Below the pieces are notes generated by a model. It did no database searches and was not told the origin of the DNA. It saw nothing but the letters and a program-made list of their open reading frames with translations. Positions 18,382 to 28,586 of a DNA stretch of 32,000 bases are shown one piece after another (within the stretch, counting starts at the first letter, position 1; each line of letters begins with the position of its first letter). The stretch covers positions 2,130,001 through 2,162,000 of the forward strand of contig NC_007969.1 of the NCBI RefSeq assembly GCF_000013905.1. Reading direction: 5' to 3'. Position numbers and translations under genes: made by a program. The DNA comes from Psychrobacter cryohalolentis K5 (GTDB lineage: Bacteria > Pseudomonadota > Gammaproteobacteria > Pseudomonadales > Moraxellaceae).

Positions 18382-18415
18382 AACCTCAAACATTAGATTG
18401 TTTGAGGTTTTTTTG
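18382..18415 (+). terminator. Rho-independent terminator of the tRNA operon
   Basis: Perfect 11-bp stem AACCTCAAACA / TGTTTGAGGTT with a 6-nt loop, followed by TTTTTTT. Confidence 0.8.
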
Positions 18416-18627
18416 TGTTTATTATTTACCTAAACCTCTATTATAGGTAATCCCTGCCTTTTAAATCTTCTGTCCTCCCGTGGCTCACTGGCTCCTTACT
18501 CTCCTCCGTTATCTATCTTCAATAATAAATAATTACTATTATTAAAGTCGCCATTTGAATAGTCGGTGATTAAACGATGACCATCCTTATCCTTTTACAT
18601 GACATACTCATGATGTGGTCAATTTTC

Positions 18628-19060
18628 ATGGAAGAGAGTCTTATACTAAATGTCGCTAAAAATAATTTTTATACTGGTCAGAACTCACCTCTATTCACTG
18701 TAAAAATTGCTAAGCCAGCTCATGCATTTCATTGTTAAATTGATGGGTAGCAACCAACACCTTTGGTCTCGTTACCACTGCTGGCAACTAAACTCGGCGT
18801 TAAATCAACTTTAGTAAAAGATGAATCAAAGCGTTTTGGACTTAATGCCTATAAAGCTCTAGGTGGTTCCTACGCGCTAGGATGCATATTAGCAAAACAC
18901 CTTAATATAGATATAGTCGATATTGATATAGCAACGGTCGACTCTAAGCTTGGTAAACCTTTGGTATTTGCTACTGCAATAGTAGGTAATCATGGTACTG
19001 GCGTTGCATGGGCTGCGTTAAAAACTAAGACAGCCTTATTAATCATGACTCAAATAACAC
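18628..19060 (+). pseudogene. dpaL: Diaminopropionate ammonia-lyase (PLP-dependent, DpaL/YgeX family) remnant: N-terminal third only, with two in-frame stops
   Basis: A single frame reads MEESLILNVAKNNFYTGQNSPLFTVKIAKPAHAFHC*IDG*QPTPLVSLPLLATKLGVKSTLVKDESKRFGLNAYKALGGSYA...LVFATAIVGNHGTGVAWAA. This is colinear with E. coli YgeX residues about 1-140 (ADNKFFNGETSPLF...FHQKIAGYRPTPL...GVKKILVKDESKRFGLNAFKMLGGAYA...TFATTTDGNHGRGVAWAA). Stops are TAA at 18736-18738 and TAG at 18748-18750. Similarity ends near 19060, whereas the full-length enzyme is about 400 aa. Confidence 0.7.
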
Positions 19061-19087
19061 CTCTAGATTATAATTTGGATTATTTAA

Positions 19088-19147
19088 TACAAAAAAGCCT
19101 TCAAACAAATTAGCCCAATCGTAGCGCTTGATTCATCTGAAGGCTTT
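19088..19147 (-). terminator. Possible terminator of orn (10-bp stem, large loop)
   Basis: AAAGCCTTCA (19094-19103) pairs with TGAAGGCTTT (19138-19147). On the minus strand it is followed by TTTTTT. The 34-nt loop is unusually large. Confidence 0.4.
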
Positions 19148-19177
19148 CTTGATAGCTTTTTTTCTAAGGTGCCGATT

Positions 19178-19765
19178 TTAAGGTATCAGTTTAAAGAAAT
19201 GCTGACGATAGTGCTTAAGCTCACGAATTGAGTCACGAATATCATCTAACGCTAAATGACTGCCGCCTTTCTCAAAATTCTTGAGGACATCAGGGCGCCA
19301 GCGGAAGCAAAGCTCTTTAATAGACGACACATCAAGGTTTCGATAATGAAAGAACCGCTCTAGCTCAGGCATTTGACGCGCCATAAAGCGGCGATCTTGG
19401 CAGATTGAATTGCCACACATTGGCGACTTACCACTATCGACCCATTTATTCAAAAATTTAATGGTTTCAGCTTCCGCCTCAGCCAATGTCACCGTACTAC
19501 GGCGTACACGGTCAACCAACCCTGATTGCCCATGCTGCTTGGTATTCCAGTCATCCATACCATTTAACTTTTGATCTGATACTTTGATCGCAAAGACAGG
19601 TCCTTCGGCAAGGACATTCAAATCTTCATCGGTGACAACAGTCGCTATCTCGATAATCTCATCATTTAGAGTATCAAGACCGGTCATTTCTAAATCAATC
19701 CATACCAGCCCTTTTTTGCCTTGGTTTCTGATTTTAATTTTATTGGGATGGTCGCCGGTGGTCAT
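19178..19765 (-). CDS. orn: Oligoribonuclease (DEDDh 3'-5' exonuclease)
   Basis: [12 protein letters not shown]...[10 protein letters not shown]...MDDWN...HGQSGL...[15 protein letters not shown]...[14 protein letters not shown]...[10 protein letters not shown] is colinear with E. coli Orn. ATG 19763-19765 has an AGGA Shine-Dalgarno. The track ORF starts at an upstream TTG. Confidence 0.93.
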   Translation of the reverse strand: MTTGDHPNKIKIRNQGKKGLVWIDLEMTGLDTLNDEIIEIATVVTDEDLNVLAEGPVFAIKVSDQKLNGMDDWNTKQHGQSGLVDRVRRSTVTLAEAEAETIKFLNKWVDSGKSPMCGNSICQDRRFMARQMPELERFFHYRNLDVSSIKELCFRWRPDVLKNFEKGGSHLALDDIRDSIRELKHYRQHFFKLIP

Positions 19766-20016
19766 AAAATATCCTATGGTCAATAAAGTTTGAGACAACT
19801 TACAAGCAATGCTTTAATAGCAATGTGAATAAAATAATGCGCCTATCTAACTATCTCAGTGCAAAAAATATTTGTAATTAGGCAGCTGTGAATTTCACTT
19901 AGAATTTATGAATACTAAAATATTACAAAATCTCTGCCCAGTGCAGGCGCTTTAGGCTGTATGTTAGCAAATTTTCACGCTACACTGAGCAATATTTTAT
20001 AATAGGTCACCAACCC

Positions 20017-21120
20017 ATGGCATTAATCCGACAACGCAAACTAACGAAACAACAGATTCGGCGCATCGATAAGCAGCAATTATTAAGTCAAGATAGTATC
20101 GATGACAGTTTGATGGATGGTGTGGTCATGGCGCATTATGGCAAGCAATTGGAAGTGCAAGTGACCAGCTTACCATCATTCATACCTTTGCAGCCTGAGG
20201 TTGCACCTGATGACCCTGAGCCGTTTTGGCAAGAGTTGGCACTCGGTGATATTTGGCGCTGCCATGTACGAACCAATCTACCGATGCTAGCAGCAGGTGA
20301 TCAAGTGCGCTGGAATGCTGACTCTAATACAGGCTTTGGTCGGATAGAATCAGTCAAACCACGTACGTCATTGGTATCCCGACCTGACCGCTATCATAAG
20401 CTTAAGCCTGTCGCCGCCAATGTCGATATTTTGGCGATCGTATTTGCACCCTTACCTGCTGCCGCCCCGACACTTATAGATCGCTATTTAGTCGTTTGCC
20501 ATCATGCTGGGGTCAAGCCTTTATTGGTGCTCAATAAAGCCGATTTATTGGCTCAAGAAAAAGGCGTCGATACCAATGAGTTATTGGCGCAATATGCCGC
20601 ACTTGGTTATGAGAGCGTTTTGACCTCAGTTGACTGTCCTGAAAACGTCGCGGATAGCGATGACCAGGAAGGACTTGATGAGCTAAAACGCTATATAGAT
20701 AAAAAGCTGGTTATTTTTGCAGGGCAATCTGGGGTCGGTAAAAGCAGCTTGATCAATGCGCTGCTACCTGAATCAGCACAAAGCGTGAATATCATCTCTG
20801 ATAATTCAAAGCTTGGTCAACATACTACCACCACCAGTCGCTTACTGCCCTTTAATCCAGCCGATTTGACCCAAGGCGGCATCGTCGATACCCCTGGTAT
20901 TCGCGAGTATGGTATTTGGCACTTGACGCCTGATGACATTATTTCTGGCTTTGTTGAGCTTGCACCATTATCTGGTGACTGTCAGTTCCGCGACTGTCGC
21001 CATACTCATAATAGTAAAGGCTGCGCGTTATGGGAAGCAGTTGCTGATGGCAAAGTATTGCAGCGCCGCGTTGAAAACCTCGTGACGCTAAGAGAAGAGG
21101 CAGATACCAAGCCTTATTGA
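20017..21120 (+). CDS. rsgA: Ribosome small-subunit-dependent GTPase A (circularly permuted GTPase)
   Basis: OB-fold N-domain. Permuted G motifs (LNKADLL before GQSGVGKSSLINAL, then DTPGIRE). C-terminal zinc knuckle C..RDC.H..N..CA. Divergent from orn, as in E. coli. Confidence 0.93.
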   Translation: MALIRQRKLTKQQIRRIDKQQLLSQDSIDDSLMDGVVMAHYGKQLEVQVTSLPSFIPLQPEVAPDDPEPFWQELALGDIWRCHVRTNLPMLAAGDQVRWNADSNTGFGRIESVKPRTSLVSRPDRYHKLKPVAANVDILAIVFAPLPAAAPTLIDRYLVVCHHAGVKPLLVLNKADLLAQEKGVDTNELLAQYAALGYESVLTSVDCPENVADSDDQEGLDELKRYIDKKLVIFAGQSGVGKSSLINALLPESAQSVNIISDNSKLGQHTTTTSRLLPFNPADLTQGGIVDTPGIREYGIWHLTPDDIISGFVELAPLSGDCQFRDCRHTHNSKGCALWEAVADGKVLQRRVENLVTLREEADTKPY

Positions 21121-21169
21121 GCCTTATTAATTCTTATCCACTGTTAATCACGATGATGACCATCACACG

Positions 21170-21198
21170 TTTACTATGGATAGGCTAATCGGTATAAT
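21170..21198 (+). promoter_or_regulatory. Candidate sigma70 promoter for the yibN-like gene
   Basis: TTTACT (21170-21175), a 17-nt spacer, then TATAAT (21193-21198). Confidence 0.55.
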
Positions 21199-21267
21199 AG
21201 CGCCTTGTTCAATCCATTAGGCTGTCTTCTCAGCGTAATAGAACACTTATTTTTTTGGAGGTATGGT

Positions 21268-21723
21268 TTGGATCGTGCGCTGGAATTTGTGGGCAACCAC
21301 CCGTTTTTATTTGGTATATTAGCCGTACTAGCCGTGCTATTTTTTGCTATTGAAAACAAACGTAGCGGTAAAAAGATTTCACCCAATACCCTTGGTATGA
21401 TGGTGAACTCGCAAAATGCGCAGCTTATCGATATCCGTGCCAAAAAGAAGTTTGTCACCGGTTATATCCAAGGCAGTCGCAATATCCCATTTACTGAGCT
21501 AAAAGACCGCATTGAGGAAATTCGTGCGATTGAACAGCCAGTGATTATTATCTGCGATATGGGCGTACAAGCAGGTGCTGCCATTCAGATGATTGGTAAA
21601 GAAAACGTCTATCGCTTAGAAGGCGGTGTTGGTGGCTGGCAAGCTGCTGGAATGCCACTTGTTGGCATAAAGGATACTAAGCCGAAGACTAAAGTCAAAG
21701 CAAAACCGAGCTTGCATAAGTAG
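21268..21723 (+). CDS. yibN: Membrane-anchored rhodanese-domain protein (YibN-like)
   Basis: LEFVGNHPFLFGILAVLAVLFF resembles the E. coli YibN N-terminus (MQFVGRHPILSIAWIALL), and a rhodanese domain follows (IICDMG...GGVGGWQAAGMPLV). It lies upstream of grxC-secB, as in E. coli. The start is assigned to TTG 21268 because GGAGG sits 6 nt upstream and the predicted promoter would place the transcription start near 21205. Confidence 0.8.
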   Translation: MDRALEFVGNHPFLFGILAVLAVLFFAIENKRSGKKISPNTLGMMVNSQNAQLIDIRAKKKFVTGYIQGSRNIPFTELKDRIEEIRAIEQPVIIICDMGVQAGAAIQMIGKENVYRLEGGVGGWQAAGMPLVGIKDTKPKTKVKAKPSLHK

Positions 21724-21774
21724 TTTGATAGCGCGCTTTATTAAACTATGACTTACTATCTATCGGTAGTGAAT

Positions 21775-21807
21775 AAAAAAGACACCTCTTCATAGGGTGT
21801 TTTTTTT
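21775..21807 (+). terminator. Rho-independent terminator after the yibN-like gene
   Basis: ACACCT / GGGTGT stem (6 bp including one G-U pair) with a 7-nt loop, followed by 7 T. An upstream A run could make it bidirectional. Confidence 0.55.
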
Positions 21808-22014
21808 ATGTGGCATTTATGATACTGACGACGCTTTTGTATTTATTTGGCTTGAATTTACATTGCCTATCCCCACTTTATAGTGAGCATAATAGAATAT
21901 AGGCTTGTGATTTACTTGATTGCAGCCTCTATAGGCAAATTTTATAATATTACTTTCCATCCTATAACCTATCCGATAACAATTGCTCTATACATTTATA
22001 AATAAGGATTTATC

Positions 22015-22278
22015 ATGACTGTATCTGTTAAAGTTTATACTACTCCTATCTGCCCATATTGCTCAAACGCTAAGCAACTGCTGAAATCAAAAGGCGTTGA
22101 TTATGAAGAGATTGGCATGCACGATATGAGCAGCGATGATCGCCGTGCTTTAATGCAAAAGACCAATAACTATCGCACCGTGCCACAAATCTTCGTTGGT
22201 GAGACCTTTGTCGGTGGTTTTGATGAGCTCAATCAAATGAACCAACAAGGCAAACTTGACGAGCTATTAGCGGGTTAA
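22015..22278 (+). CDS. grxC: Glutaredoxin 3
   Basis: 87 aa with the CPYC active site, TVPQIF and GG.DEL motifs. Confidence 0.92.
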   Translation: MTVSVKVYTTPICPYCSNAKQLLKSKGVDYEEIGMHDMSSDDRRALMQKTNNYRTVPQIFVGETFVGGFDELNQMNQQGKLDELLAG

Positions 22279-22475
22279 TTTGCTATCTTGCTATTCTGGC
22301 TGTCTTTATTTATTTTACTAGTCTATATGTGAGTCATTTATATAAGTAACGATAGGGACAGCTATAAAGGGCTTTGATAAAAAATATCGAGCTTTTGTCT
22401 CGAATTATATTACAATGCTATTTTACTAAAATAACAGTTTGCCCAATCACTTGATTAACTTTTAGAGGAATTATC

Positions 22476-22928
22476 ATGGCTGAAGAACAAGCTCAACCGC
22501 AATTAGCACTAGAACGTATTTATGTCAAAGACATGTCACTTGAAGTCCCAGGCGCTGGCGTATTCACCAAAGAGTGGAACCCTGAGCTTGATATTAATCT
22601 CTCTAGCAATGCCGAAAAACTGGACGATGACCATTATCAGGTTGTATTAACCGTTAGTGTCACTGCGAAAAATGCTGAAGAAGCGGCGTTTATCGCGGAA
22701 GTTCATCAAGCAGGTATCTTCTTATTAAAAGACATCCCAGAAGATCAAATTGGTCAAATCCTAGGTGCTTATTGCCCGAACGTTTTGTTCCCATATGCTC
22801 GTGAAGTCATCAGCGATATCGTAACGCGTGGTAGCTTCCCGCAGTTATTGCTTGCGCCAGTTAACTTTGACCAAGCTTTTGCGCAAAGTCAGCAGCAAGC
22901 ACAAGTTGATGCTGAAGGTAACGCTTAA
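22476..22928 (+). CDS. secB: Protein-export chaperone SecB
   Basis: [12 protein letters not shown]...F...W.P......S......YQVVL.V.VTAK......F..EV.QAGIF........Q....LG..CPN.LFPYARE.ISD.V.RG.FP.L.LAP.NF is colinear with SecB. GAGG Shine-Dalgarno. Confidence 0.95.
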   Translation: MAEEQAQPQLALERIYVKDMSLEVPGAGVFTKEWNPELDINLSSNAEKLDDDHYQVVLTVSVTAKNAEEAAFIAEVHQAGIFLLKDIPEDQIGQILGAYCPNVLFPYAREVISDIVTRGSFPQLLLAPVNFDQAFAQSQQQAQVDAEGNA

Positions 22929-22975
22929 GTTTTAAATTAAACGCTACTGGCTGTATCAATAAGACGTTTTAATAA

Positions 22976-23012
22976 AAAAGCCGTTTACTTATTATGAGTA
23001 AGCGGCTTTTTT
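22976..23012 (+). terminator. Rho-independent terminator after secB
   Basis: Stem AAAAGCCGTTTACT / AGTAAGCGGCTTTT: 10 core bp including one G-U pair, extended by 4 A-T pairs into the T run. 7-nt loop, then a T run. Confidence 0.8.
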
Positions 23013-23083
23013 ATGGAAATTTTTAGAGTTTATTTTTAATCATTTAGATTTATGTTGTTATTGGTCATTATTTTTGACCCATT

Positions 23084-23120
23084 AAAAAACCCTGCTGATT
23101 GCTATTACTAGCGGCAGGGT
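23084..23120 (-). terminator. Rho-independent terminator after adk
   Basis: ACCCTGC / GCAGGGT stem. On the minus strand it is followed by TTTTTT (plus-strand A run at 23084-23089). Confidence 0.6.
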
Positions 23121-23172
23121 CTTTCATAACACTATTCGATTAATCCGCTATATTCTAGCGTCAGTATAAATA

Positions 23173-23916
<744 letters not shown>

Positions 23917-24048
23917 TCAAAACCTCAAGTATTTTTAGTATTGATGCAGCAACATATGATGACTTATCTGTTCATGAGAGAAGGTTGCGCGCCATAGATG
24001 AGACGATAGCGCGCACTAAATGTAGGATGATATTCTGGACTCAGCGAG

Positions 24049-25329
24049 TTAAGGAACTTGCTGATTAATGGCCACATTGACTTGATTCTGCTCGACGCTT
24101 ATCACCACAGGATTACCTGATAGATCACCTGACTCGGCAATGGCAGTACCACTATGACTGATGCGAGCAATGACAGCGAGTTGAACTTTTTCATCACGCG
24201 CAGATTTTAATGTGCGCTCTGGCATCATCGCATCTAAATCACTTAGACTAACAGTTGCTTCGCCTTGCTTAATCACGCTAATCGGTAAACGCTTGGCGGC
24301 AAATGGCGGGCCACCTTTCACATCACGTATCGCGACAAACAATACATCTTCAGCTTTCACTAGGGGCAACAATGACCGATCAATAGAGATGGTAACTTCA
24401 ATCCCTTCAGATGCTTGCTGCTCTTGTGCCGTGACATTGGCACTTAGCTCATCAAGACTGCTCAATGCTTGGGTATGGTCACCTGGTTTGGCAGCAATAC
24501 TCTTACGTAACCGCTTAATCCAACCTTGCGCTTGTTCAAAATTATTACCACGCGCCTCGCCCATTGCCATCAGCATTTGCGCACCTTCGTGCTGCGGATT
24601 TTTGGCAAGAACATCTTGCAGCACACGGCGGCTATTGGCATCAAGCTGACCTTTATTAGCAAAAAAGCTAATCTGCGCATAAGTGGTGGCGATTTCTTCG
24701 TTGTCAGGCGACAGACGATAAGCACGAGACAAAGCTTCAATCGCTGAGTCAGTGGCTTCCAAAGATAAGAACAGCTCTGATAAACGCATCCAGCGATCAG
24801 GGTCATCGGCATGACGATAGACGTTAGTCTGCATCGCGCTGATCAATTGAGTACCATCTTCAATCGCCCAAGCGGGTGGCTGGTCAATCTTACCGGTCAA
24901 TAAGTCATCTGCCACTTGAGCAACTTTGTCTTCTGCTGCCCACAAATCAAATACTGGTGTACGATCACCGACCAAGAAATAAGCCAATGCTGCCAGCACA
25001 GGCACCCATACCATGATAATCAAACGACTCTTAATACCAGGCGCGACCATTGGGGTGACTTCACGCTGTGCATCCAATAGCTGACGCTCAAGCTCGATCT
25101 TTTGATTTTGATAATGGGCGTCATCAATTGTGCCGTTGTCTTTGTCTGATTGTAATTCTGTCAAACGCTCACGAAATACACCGATATTGATGTCTAGTAG
25201 CTGATTGTCAACAGGATTTTCTCGTAACCTTGAAGCTCTTAGCCAAGGTGTGATAACGATCACTGCCAGTACGAGTGCAATCAGTAAGCTTAGGGCAATA
25301 AATAAGCCAAAAGTAGAAAATAGGGTCAT
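24049..25329 (-). CDS. ccmI: Cytochrome c-type biogenesis protein CcmI (CycH), TPR-containing
   Basis: N-terminal TM helix, a second TM helix, then TPR-like repeats. ATGA overlap with ccmH. Position after ccmH is typical. Confidence 0.85.
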   Translation of the reverse strand: MTLFSTFGLFIALSLLIALVLAVIVITPWLRASRLRENPVDNQLLDINIGVFRERLTELQSDKDNGTIDDAHYQNQKIELERQLLDAQREVTPMVAPGIKSRLIIMVWVPVLAALAYFLVGDRTPVFDLWAAEDKVAQVADDLLTGKIDQPPAWAIEDGTQLISAMQTNVYRHADDPDRWMRLSELFLSLEATDSAIEALSRAYRLSPDNEEIATTYAQISFFANKGQLDANSRRVLQDVLAKNPQHEGAQMLMAMGEARGNNFEQAQGWIKRLRKSIAAKPGDHTQALSSLDELSANVTAQEQQASEGIEVTISIDRSLLPLVKAEDVLFVAIRDVKGGPPFAAKRLPISVIKQGEATVSLSDLDAMMPERTLKSARDEKVQLAVIARISHSGTAIAESGDLSGNPVVISVEQNQVNVAINQQVP

Positions 25330-25892
25330 TTTTTGTCCTCTATGCTTGTGATGTCATGATCTGTTTTATTGCGATCAGCTCGTGATAACAGACGATCAAG
25401 TTCCGCTTCTTCTACTGCTGATAACGCAGCAGCGCTGTCTACCAAGATGCCACTTTGACCACGCGCAATACGCTGACTGCGTTTACTTTGCCAAAACCAG
25501 CCAACAATTAATACAATTAGTAATAGTGGTGGGAAGAACCATAATATCCACGTTGAAGGACGTACTGGCGGCTTATAAGTAATAAAATCGCCATAGCGCT
25601 CTTGCATATAAGCGCGAATCTCACCATCACTACGACCTTCTTTAATCATGTCATAGGTTTTTTGCTTTAAATCCTGGGCAATCGGCGCATCAGAACCTGC
25701 CAAGTTTTGGTTTTGACATTTTGGACAGCGCAGTTCTTCGATAAGACCACGATACTGGGCTTCTTGCTGCACTGAGTCAAAGTCGTAGACATCAATGGCG
25801 GCATAAGCATTGATACTAAGCACGCCAAAAAGACAAGTAATGATCAAACTTGCCAAATTTTTCGTGATAGATTTTAATGGCATCATAATCAT
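25326..25892 (-). CDS. ccmH: Cytochrome c-type biogenesis protein CcmH (CycL)
   Basis: Signature LRCPKCQNQ (CxxC) followed by a TM segment. The start is set at ATG 25890-25892: AAGGAGG lies 7 nt upstream and the ATGA overlaps the ccmG stop. Confidence 0.9.
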   Translation of the reverse strand: MIMMPLKSITKNLASLIITCLFGVLSINAYAAIDVYDFDSVQQEAQYRGLIEELRCPKCQNQNLAGSDAPIAQDLKQKTYDMIKEGRSDGEIRAYMQERYGDFITYKPPVRPSTWILWFFPPLLLIVLIVGWFWQSKRSQRIARGQSGILVDSAAALSAVEEAELDRLLSRADRNKTDHDITSIEDKK

Positions 25893-26539
25893 TTGCACGC
25901 CTCCTTAACTTGGTCAAGATCAGGGCTGACATTATTTTTATCAGCCTCATTGAGCACCATCAGACAAGGCGTGATACGGCTCTGCCAATTACTCTCATTA
26001 ATCTCACCAACAATGTGCTGACGAATAATACCTTCACCATCAACCACAAAGGTTTCAGGTGCACCGGTCAAACCCAAATCTAAGGCAAATTGACCAGATA
26101 AGTCTTGGATAGACATCGAAAAAGGGTCACCGCCACGGTTTAAATAACCGAGGGCGTCGCCAATATCATCTTTATAATTGACGCCCACCAGATTGACGCC
26201 ACGTTCCTCTAACTGCATTAAAAAAGGATGCTCAATGATACAAGTTGGGCACCAAGAGCCCCAAATATTCATCAAAAACGGCTGATCTGGCAGGTTGTCA
26301 TTGGTCATAATACGACTGGTATCAGACAATAACGGCAGCTCAAAAGCGGGCACCGGACGCTCAAGAGCGGTATTGGTTACGATTTCGGTCGGCTGACCTA
26401 AACGGAAATACAGCATGACTATAAAAGCGGCAAAGATGATCAACGGAATCAAAAACCATATTCTGATTTGGCTTTTTTTCATCGTTTGATTGCCTTTTTT
26501 ATCAGTACCTTTTTGAGGAGACTCCTCTGATTGGGTCAT
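25889..26539 (-). CDS. ccmG: Thiol:disulfide interchange protein DsbE/CcmG
   Basis: Membrane anchor plus a thioredoxin fold with the WGSWCPTC active site and a GAPETF motif. The ATG is 1 nt after the ccmF stop, with GGAG upstream. Confidence 0.92.
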   Translation of the reverse strand: MTQSEESPQKGTDKKGNQTMKKSQIRIWFLIPLIIFAAFIVMLYFRLGQPTEIVTNTALERPVPAFELPLLSDTSRIMTNDNLPDQPFLMNIWGSWCPTCIIEHPFLMQLEERGVNLVGVNYKDDIGDALGYLNRGGDPFSMSIQDLSGQFALDLGLTGAPETFVVDGEGIIRQHIVGEINESNWQSRITPCLMVLNEADKNNVSPDLDQVKEACK

Positions 26540-26540
26540 C

Positions 26541-28586
26541 TTATTTCTCCCCTATTGTTGCCGTGGCATCTGTCGCATTGTTGCCATCTAAGTCAGCAAC
26601 GGTCGCGAAACCTGACTTGCTTGCTGTAATTTGAGCGGGCGTCTTAGTTGTTTTGAGACGATAGCGCCTATCAAGCATACTCAATAGACCACCTAATGCC
26701 ATAATAATAGCGCCGAGCCATATCCAGCGAATCAATGGCTTCACATAAATACGTACTGCCCATTGATTGCTACCCTCAGCGATAGGTTCACCAAGTGCGA
26801 CATACAAGTCACGCATGAGGTTGGCATTAATTGCCGCCTCAGTCGTCGGCATCGTACTGATGATATAAGTCCGTTTTTCAGGATGAAGTATCGTTACTGC
26901 CTTGCCCTTCTTAGTGACTGTGACCTCAGCTTGCGTTGCGTCAAAGTTACTGCCTCTCGTCTCTCTTAAATCGGTTAATGCAAAGTCATAACCTTGGACA
27001 TTAACCGTTTCACCAATCCTTAGTGCCACATCGCGCTCGATGCTTAAGGTACTGGTAAACGCAACACCGATGACCGCTATAATAACGCCGATATGAGCGG
27101 TCTGCTGACCCCAGTAACTCAAGCGGAGCTTAGCTAAGCCCTTGAATAAGCTTGGGGCATTTTTGGTTTTGTCTTTAAAATCGACCACCATCCATAACAA
27201 TACCCAAAAACTTACTGCTAGCGTCACACCAATATTGAGCATGGCAGATGGGCTAACAAAATAGGTAATGACTGCTGCTAAAACAAGGCTACTTGCCGCA
27301 ATGACCATGCCAGCGCCTAAGAGCGGGCGACTGTCTTGTTTCCAGCGGATATTGGAACCCATGCCCATTGCTATCATTAATAGCCAAGTCAATGGCACAA
27401 ACAGCGCATTAAAGTACGGAGGACCTACGGATACCTGACCTAAATTAAAGGCATCAGCAATGATAGGATAGAGCGTACCAAGTAATACGACTAAGGTCGC
27501 AATCAATATGATGACGTTGTTAATGACTAAAAACGACTCACGTGAAATCAGCTGATATTGACTTTCAATCGTGAGACGCCAGCCACGTACAGCGAACATC
27601 AAGAGACCACCGCCCACAATAATGCCAAGAATTGCTAAAATCACTAAACCACGTGTGGGATCAGCGGCAAATGAATGTACTGAGGTAATAACCCCAGAGC
27701 GAACTAAGAATGTCCCAAGTAAGCTTAAGGCAAAAGCAAAAATGGCCAGCATAATCGTCCACGCTTTAAAAACACCGCGCTTTTCAGTGACTGCCAGTGA
27801 ATGGAGCAATGCCAAACCTGCCAACCAAGGCAATAGCGAAGCGTTTTCTACTGGATCCCAAAACCACCAACCGCCCCAACCAAGCTCGTAATAAGCCCAC
27901 CACGAACCCAGTGCAATACCAATCGTTAAAAAGCCCCAAGCAGCCAATGCCCATGGACGTGACCAGCGTGTCCATACCGCATCTAAGCGACCTTCCCACA
28001 GTGCTGCCATACAAAACGCAAACGGCACTACCATACCGACATAGCCCATATACAGCATCGGTGGATGGATAATTAAACCAAAATCCTGTAAGACAGGGTT
28101 TAAGTCAGCACCATCAACGGGCAGGTTTGGCAAAGTGCGGTCAAACGGTGACGAGGTAAAGATGAGCATTGCCAGCATCATCATCTGTACAGCGGCTAAT
28201 ATCACCAATACACGCGCCCGCATCGACAATGGCAAACCACGACTAAAGTATGAGACCAAGGCACACCACGTTGCCATAATAGTCATCCATAGTAGCAGCG
28301 AGCCTTCATGCCCGCCCCACGTCGCTGATAACTTATAATACCAAGGCAGCAAAGTATTCGAGTGCTGCGACACATAGACAAGGCTAAAGTCATTAAAATA
28401 AAAGCCTGCCATCAATGCGCCAAACGAGGTAATCATGGCGGCAAACTGCGCCCATGCCAAGCTCGGTGCCAAACGCTGCCAAGCAACATGGTCACGCATA
28501 ACGCCTATCGTTGGTAATACTACCTGCAAAATCGCCAACATAAAGGCGGCTAGCACGGCAAAATAACCCAATTCTGTGATTAACAT
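26541..28586 (-). CDS. ccmF: Cytochrome c heme lyase subunit CcmF
   Basis: 681 aa polytopic protein with the WWFWDPVENASLLPW tryptophan-rich (WWD) motif and conserved histidines. Confidence 0.95.
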   Translation of the reverse strand: MLITELGYFAVLAAFMLAILQVVLPTIGVMRDHVAWQRLAPSLAWAQFAAMITSFGALMAGFYFNDFSLVYVSQHSNTLLPWYYKLSATWGGHEGSLLLWMTIMATWCALVSYFSRGLPLSMRARVLVILAAVQMMMLAMLIFTSSPFDRTLPNLPVDGADLNPVLQDFGLIIHPPMLYMGYVGMVVPFAFCMAALWEGRLDAVWTRWSRPWALAAWGFLTIGIALGSWWAYYELGWGGWWFWDPVENASLLPWLAGLALLHSLAVTEKRGVFKAWTIMLAIFAFALSLLGTFLVRSGVITSVHSFAADPTRGLVILAILGIIVGGGLLMFAVRGWRLTIESQYQLISRESFLVINNVIILIATLVVLLGTLYPIIADAFNLGQVSVGPPYFNALFVPLTWLLMIAMGMGSNIRWKQDSRPLLGAGMVIAASSLVLAAVITYFVSPSAMLNIGVTLAVSFWVLLWMVVDFKDKTKNAPSLFKGLAKLRLSYWGQQTAHIGVIIAVIGVAFTSTLSIERDVALRIGETVNVQGYDFALTDLRETRGSNFDATQAEVTVTKKGKAVTILHPEKRTYIISTMPTTEAAINANLMRDLYVALGEPIAEGSNQWAVRIYVKPLIRWIWLGAIIMALGGLLSMLDRRYRLKTTKTPAQITASKSGFATVADLDGNNATDATATIGEK

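Noticed and set aside
21174-21458. A 94-aa minus-strand ORF.
   Set aside because: It is antisense to the yibN-like gene and its promoter, and nothing supports it.
23985-24018. A GC-rich hairpin TGCGCGC-N16-GCGCGCA downstream of ccmI.
   Set aside because: No T run follows it on the minus strand, so it is not a convincing intrinsic terminator. It may be a stabilising 3' structure, but the evidence is too weak to list as a feature.
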